A stretch of 64,000 nucleotides of DNA from Chiloscyllium plagiosum. Its lineage: Eukaryota. Below are positions 61,810 through 64,000 of this stretch, piece by piece (position 1 is the first letter of the stretch; every line of letters begins with the position of its first letter). A program made the position numbers and the translations under genes. Under the pieces are notes generated by a model that was not told the origin of the DNA, made no database searches, and saw only the letters and a list, made by a program, of their open reading frames with translations. The stretch is from NCBI RefSeq assembly GCF_004010195.1, contig NC_057749.1:20796394-20860393 (forward strand), written 5' to 3'.

Positions 61810-62825
61810 AATTCCCCCATCCACGTGTTCAACAATGCCCTCCAGTGCATCGCTTCCATTTCCTGCACCTTTGCCCTCAAACTCCACCCGTCTAACTGCA
61901 ACAAGGATAGACCCCCTCAGTCCTCACCTTCCACCTAACTAATCTCCAGATACAGTGCATTATTCACTGTCATTTCTGCCACCTTCAGTCAGACCCCACC
62001 ACCAAAGATATATTTCCCTCCCCGCCCCATCTGCATTCCATAGAGACCATTCCCTTCGCAACTACCTTGTTGGGAGTCAGCACCCTTCCACCAACCCAAC
62101 CTTCACACCCGGCACCTTCCTTTGCCACCACATGAGTCGTAAAACCTGTGCCCACACCTCTACCCCTCACCTCCGCCCAAGTTCCCAAAGAACCTTTTCA
62201 TGTCTGGCAGAGATTTTCCTGCACATCCACCCACCTCATTTACTGTGTCTGTTGCTCTCGATATGGTCTCCTCTACATCAGGACACCAACTTGTGGAGCA
62301 TTTCAGAGAACATCTCTGGGACAAATGTGCCAAACAACCCCCTGTGGCTGACCACTTCAACTCTCCCTCCACTCCACCAAGGACATGGAAGTCCTGGGAC
62401 TCCTTCATTGCCAAATCCATGCCATCGCCAACAGGAGGAAAAACGCCTCATCTTCCACCTTGGGACCCTCCACATGGCATCAACATTGACTTCACTAATT
62501 TCCAAATCTCCCCTCCCCCCACCTCATCCCAGGTCCAACCCTCCAACTTGGTACTGCGCTCTTGACCAGTCCTACCTGTCCATCTTCCTTCCCACCTATC
62601 CACTCCACCCTCCCCACTGACCTATCACAATCACTCCCCACTTGCATTCACCTGTGGCCTTCCTGCCTACCTTCCCCCAGCCCCACTCCCACTCCCCATT
62701 TATCTCTCATCCCTCTTCCCCCTCCACATTCCTGATGAAGGACCTATACCCGAAACGTTGACTCTCCTGCTCCTTAGATGCTGTCTGACCTGCTGTGCTT
62801 TTCCAGCTCCACCCGTTTTGACCCT
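61810..62825 (+). mobile_element. Penelope 3' fragment: GIY-YIG + pLTR with degenerate hammerhead (62728-62764)
   Basis: PGTFLCHHMSRKTC, FSCTSTHLIYCVCCSRYGLLYI, EEKRLIFHLGTL; cctgatgaaggacctatacccgaaacgttg. Confidence 0.9.
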
Positions 62826-62839
62826 GAAAAAGGCATTCT

Positions 62840-63350
62840 ACAATTCTGGTTACCCTTCTATGCGGAAGGTTGTAGTTATTCTTGAAAGGGTACAGAAAAG
62901 ACTGACAGGATATTGTGAAACTGAGGTTGGAGTTATAGGAAGACGCTGAATAGACTGAGGCTTTTTTCCCTGCAGTGTCAGAGGCTGAGGGGTGACCTTA
63001 TAGAAGTCAATGGAATCATGAGAGACCTGGATAGGGAGAATAGCCAAAGTCTTTTTCCTAGGTTACGGAGTCCAAAACTAGAAGACATAAGTTTGAAGTG
63101 AGATGGAAAAGATGGAAACGGGACCCGAGGGTAACTTTCTCATGCAGAGTGTGGAGCATTTATGGAATGAACTGTTAAAGAAAGTGGTGGAGCCAGGTAC
63201 AATTGCAACATTTAAAAGGCATCTGGATGGGTATATGAATAGGAAGGGTTTAGAGGGATATGGGCCAAATGCTGGAAAAGGTTATATTAGGATGTCTGGT
63301 CAGCACAGACAAGTTGACCGAAGGGTCTGTTTCAGTGCTGTTTGGTTAAA
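62840..63350 (+). mobile_element. CR1 3' fragment
   Basis: LERVQKRLT; TFKRHLDGYMNRKG; gttgaccgaagggtctgtttc. Confidence 0.85.
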
Positions 63351-64000
63351 CTTCCCCAGTCTTATGCAGACAACTTTAGAGGTGGGAGTGGCAGCACGTT
63401 TTGGGGACCTGGCATCAGGACAGATCCCTGAGCATCTAACCCCTCACCCACCACTGAGTAATTTTGCTGGAGCCAACTTTTGGCCAGCACTGACCTACCC
63501 AGCGGTCAGTTGTGGGCAGGTAATTCAGTTCAATTAAGTGCCCACTCAGAGTCACATTGTTGACACATATCTCATCTGGTCAGATGAGCACACCCCTGCT
63601 ACCTCCTTCAATTCTCTCCATCCACCATTCCTGGATCTGTAGGCCCCAGACATTAAGCGGCACAAGCATAGACCATTCTGTGGAATGATTTCAGAGGTTG
63701 TGGCGCCAATAATTGTTTTTACATGTTTACAATCTTAACAATTGCAGTAAAATACAGCTCAATGAATTACTCATGAAAACTATATTACCCCAATTGATAG
63801 CTGCTATTCATAATGTACCATTGCATTTATTTCATTGAAACTGTAAATATTCAGGTTTGCTCGGCGATTATGATCTCCAACAACAAAAGGACATCCAACT
63901 CCCTATAGCATTGTAGAATCACTGACCAACGTTCAGGGGGTCACCCGTCCATCACTGACACATCATAGATTGGATCTTACAGGTTTCAAGCCTTCCCTCT

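Noticed and set aside
1..64000. A named host protein-coding gene or an intact autonomous transposon
   Set aside because: No recognisable host peptide was found, and all transposon ORFs are truncated or frameshifted.

Overview
Eukaryotic, repeat-saturated, non-coding-looking DNA. The repeat complement (HE1/V-SINE-type tRNA SINEs, HER1/CR1 LINEs, Deu-domain SINE pieces, abundant Penelope-like elements) points to a cartilaginous fish, probably a shark (inference). No host gene can be identified with confidence; only weak exon candidates were found. Most of the window is nested, decayed mobile DNA: CR1, L2-like, Rex1/Babar and Tx1 LINEs, at least three Penelope families carrying minimal hammerhead ribozyme motifs, two decayed Gypsy elements plus solo LTRs, a Tigger-like element, a Harbinger remnant and a 53-59 bp minisatellite. 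There are two N gaps. The most notable structures are: (1) an insertion with a 13-bp target-site duplication (TSD) in which two perfectly inverted ribozyme-bearing Penelope termini enclose about 590 bp of unrelated DNA; (2) four Tx1 3' fragments stacked at one 12-bp site of a Gypsy LTR; (3) three long local inverted duplications that cross element junctions and contain long perfect blocks inside old decayed DNA; (4) a 445-bp tandem duplication ending exactly at a Penelope fragment. All alignments and identities were done by eye, and boundaries of old repeats are approximate.
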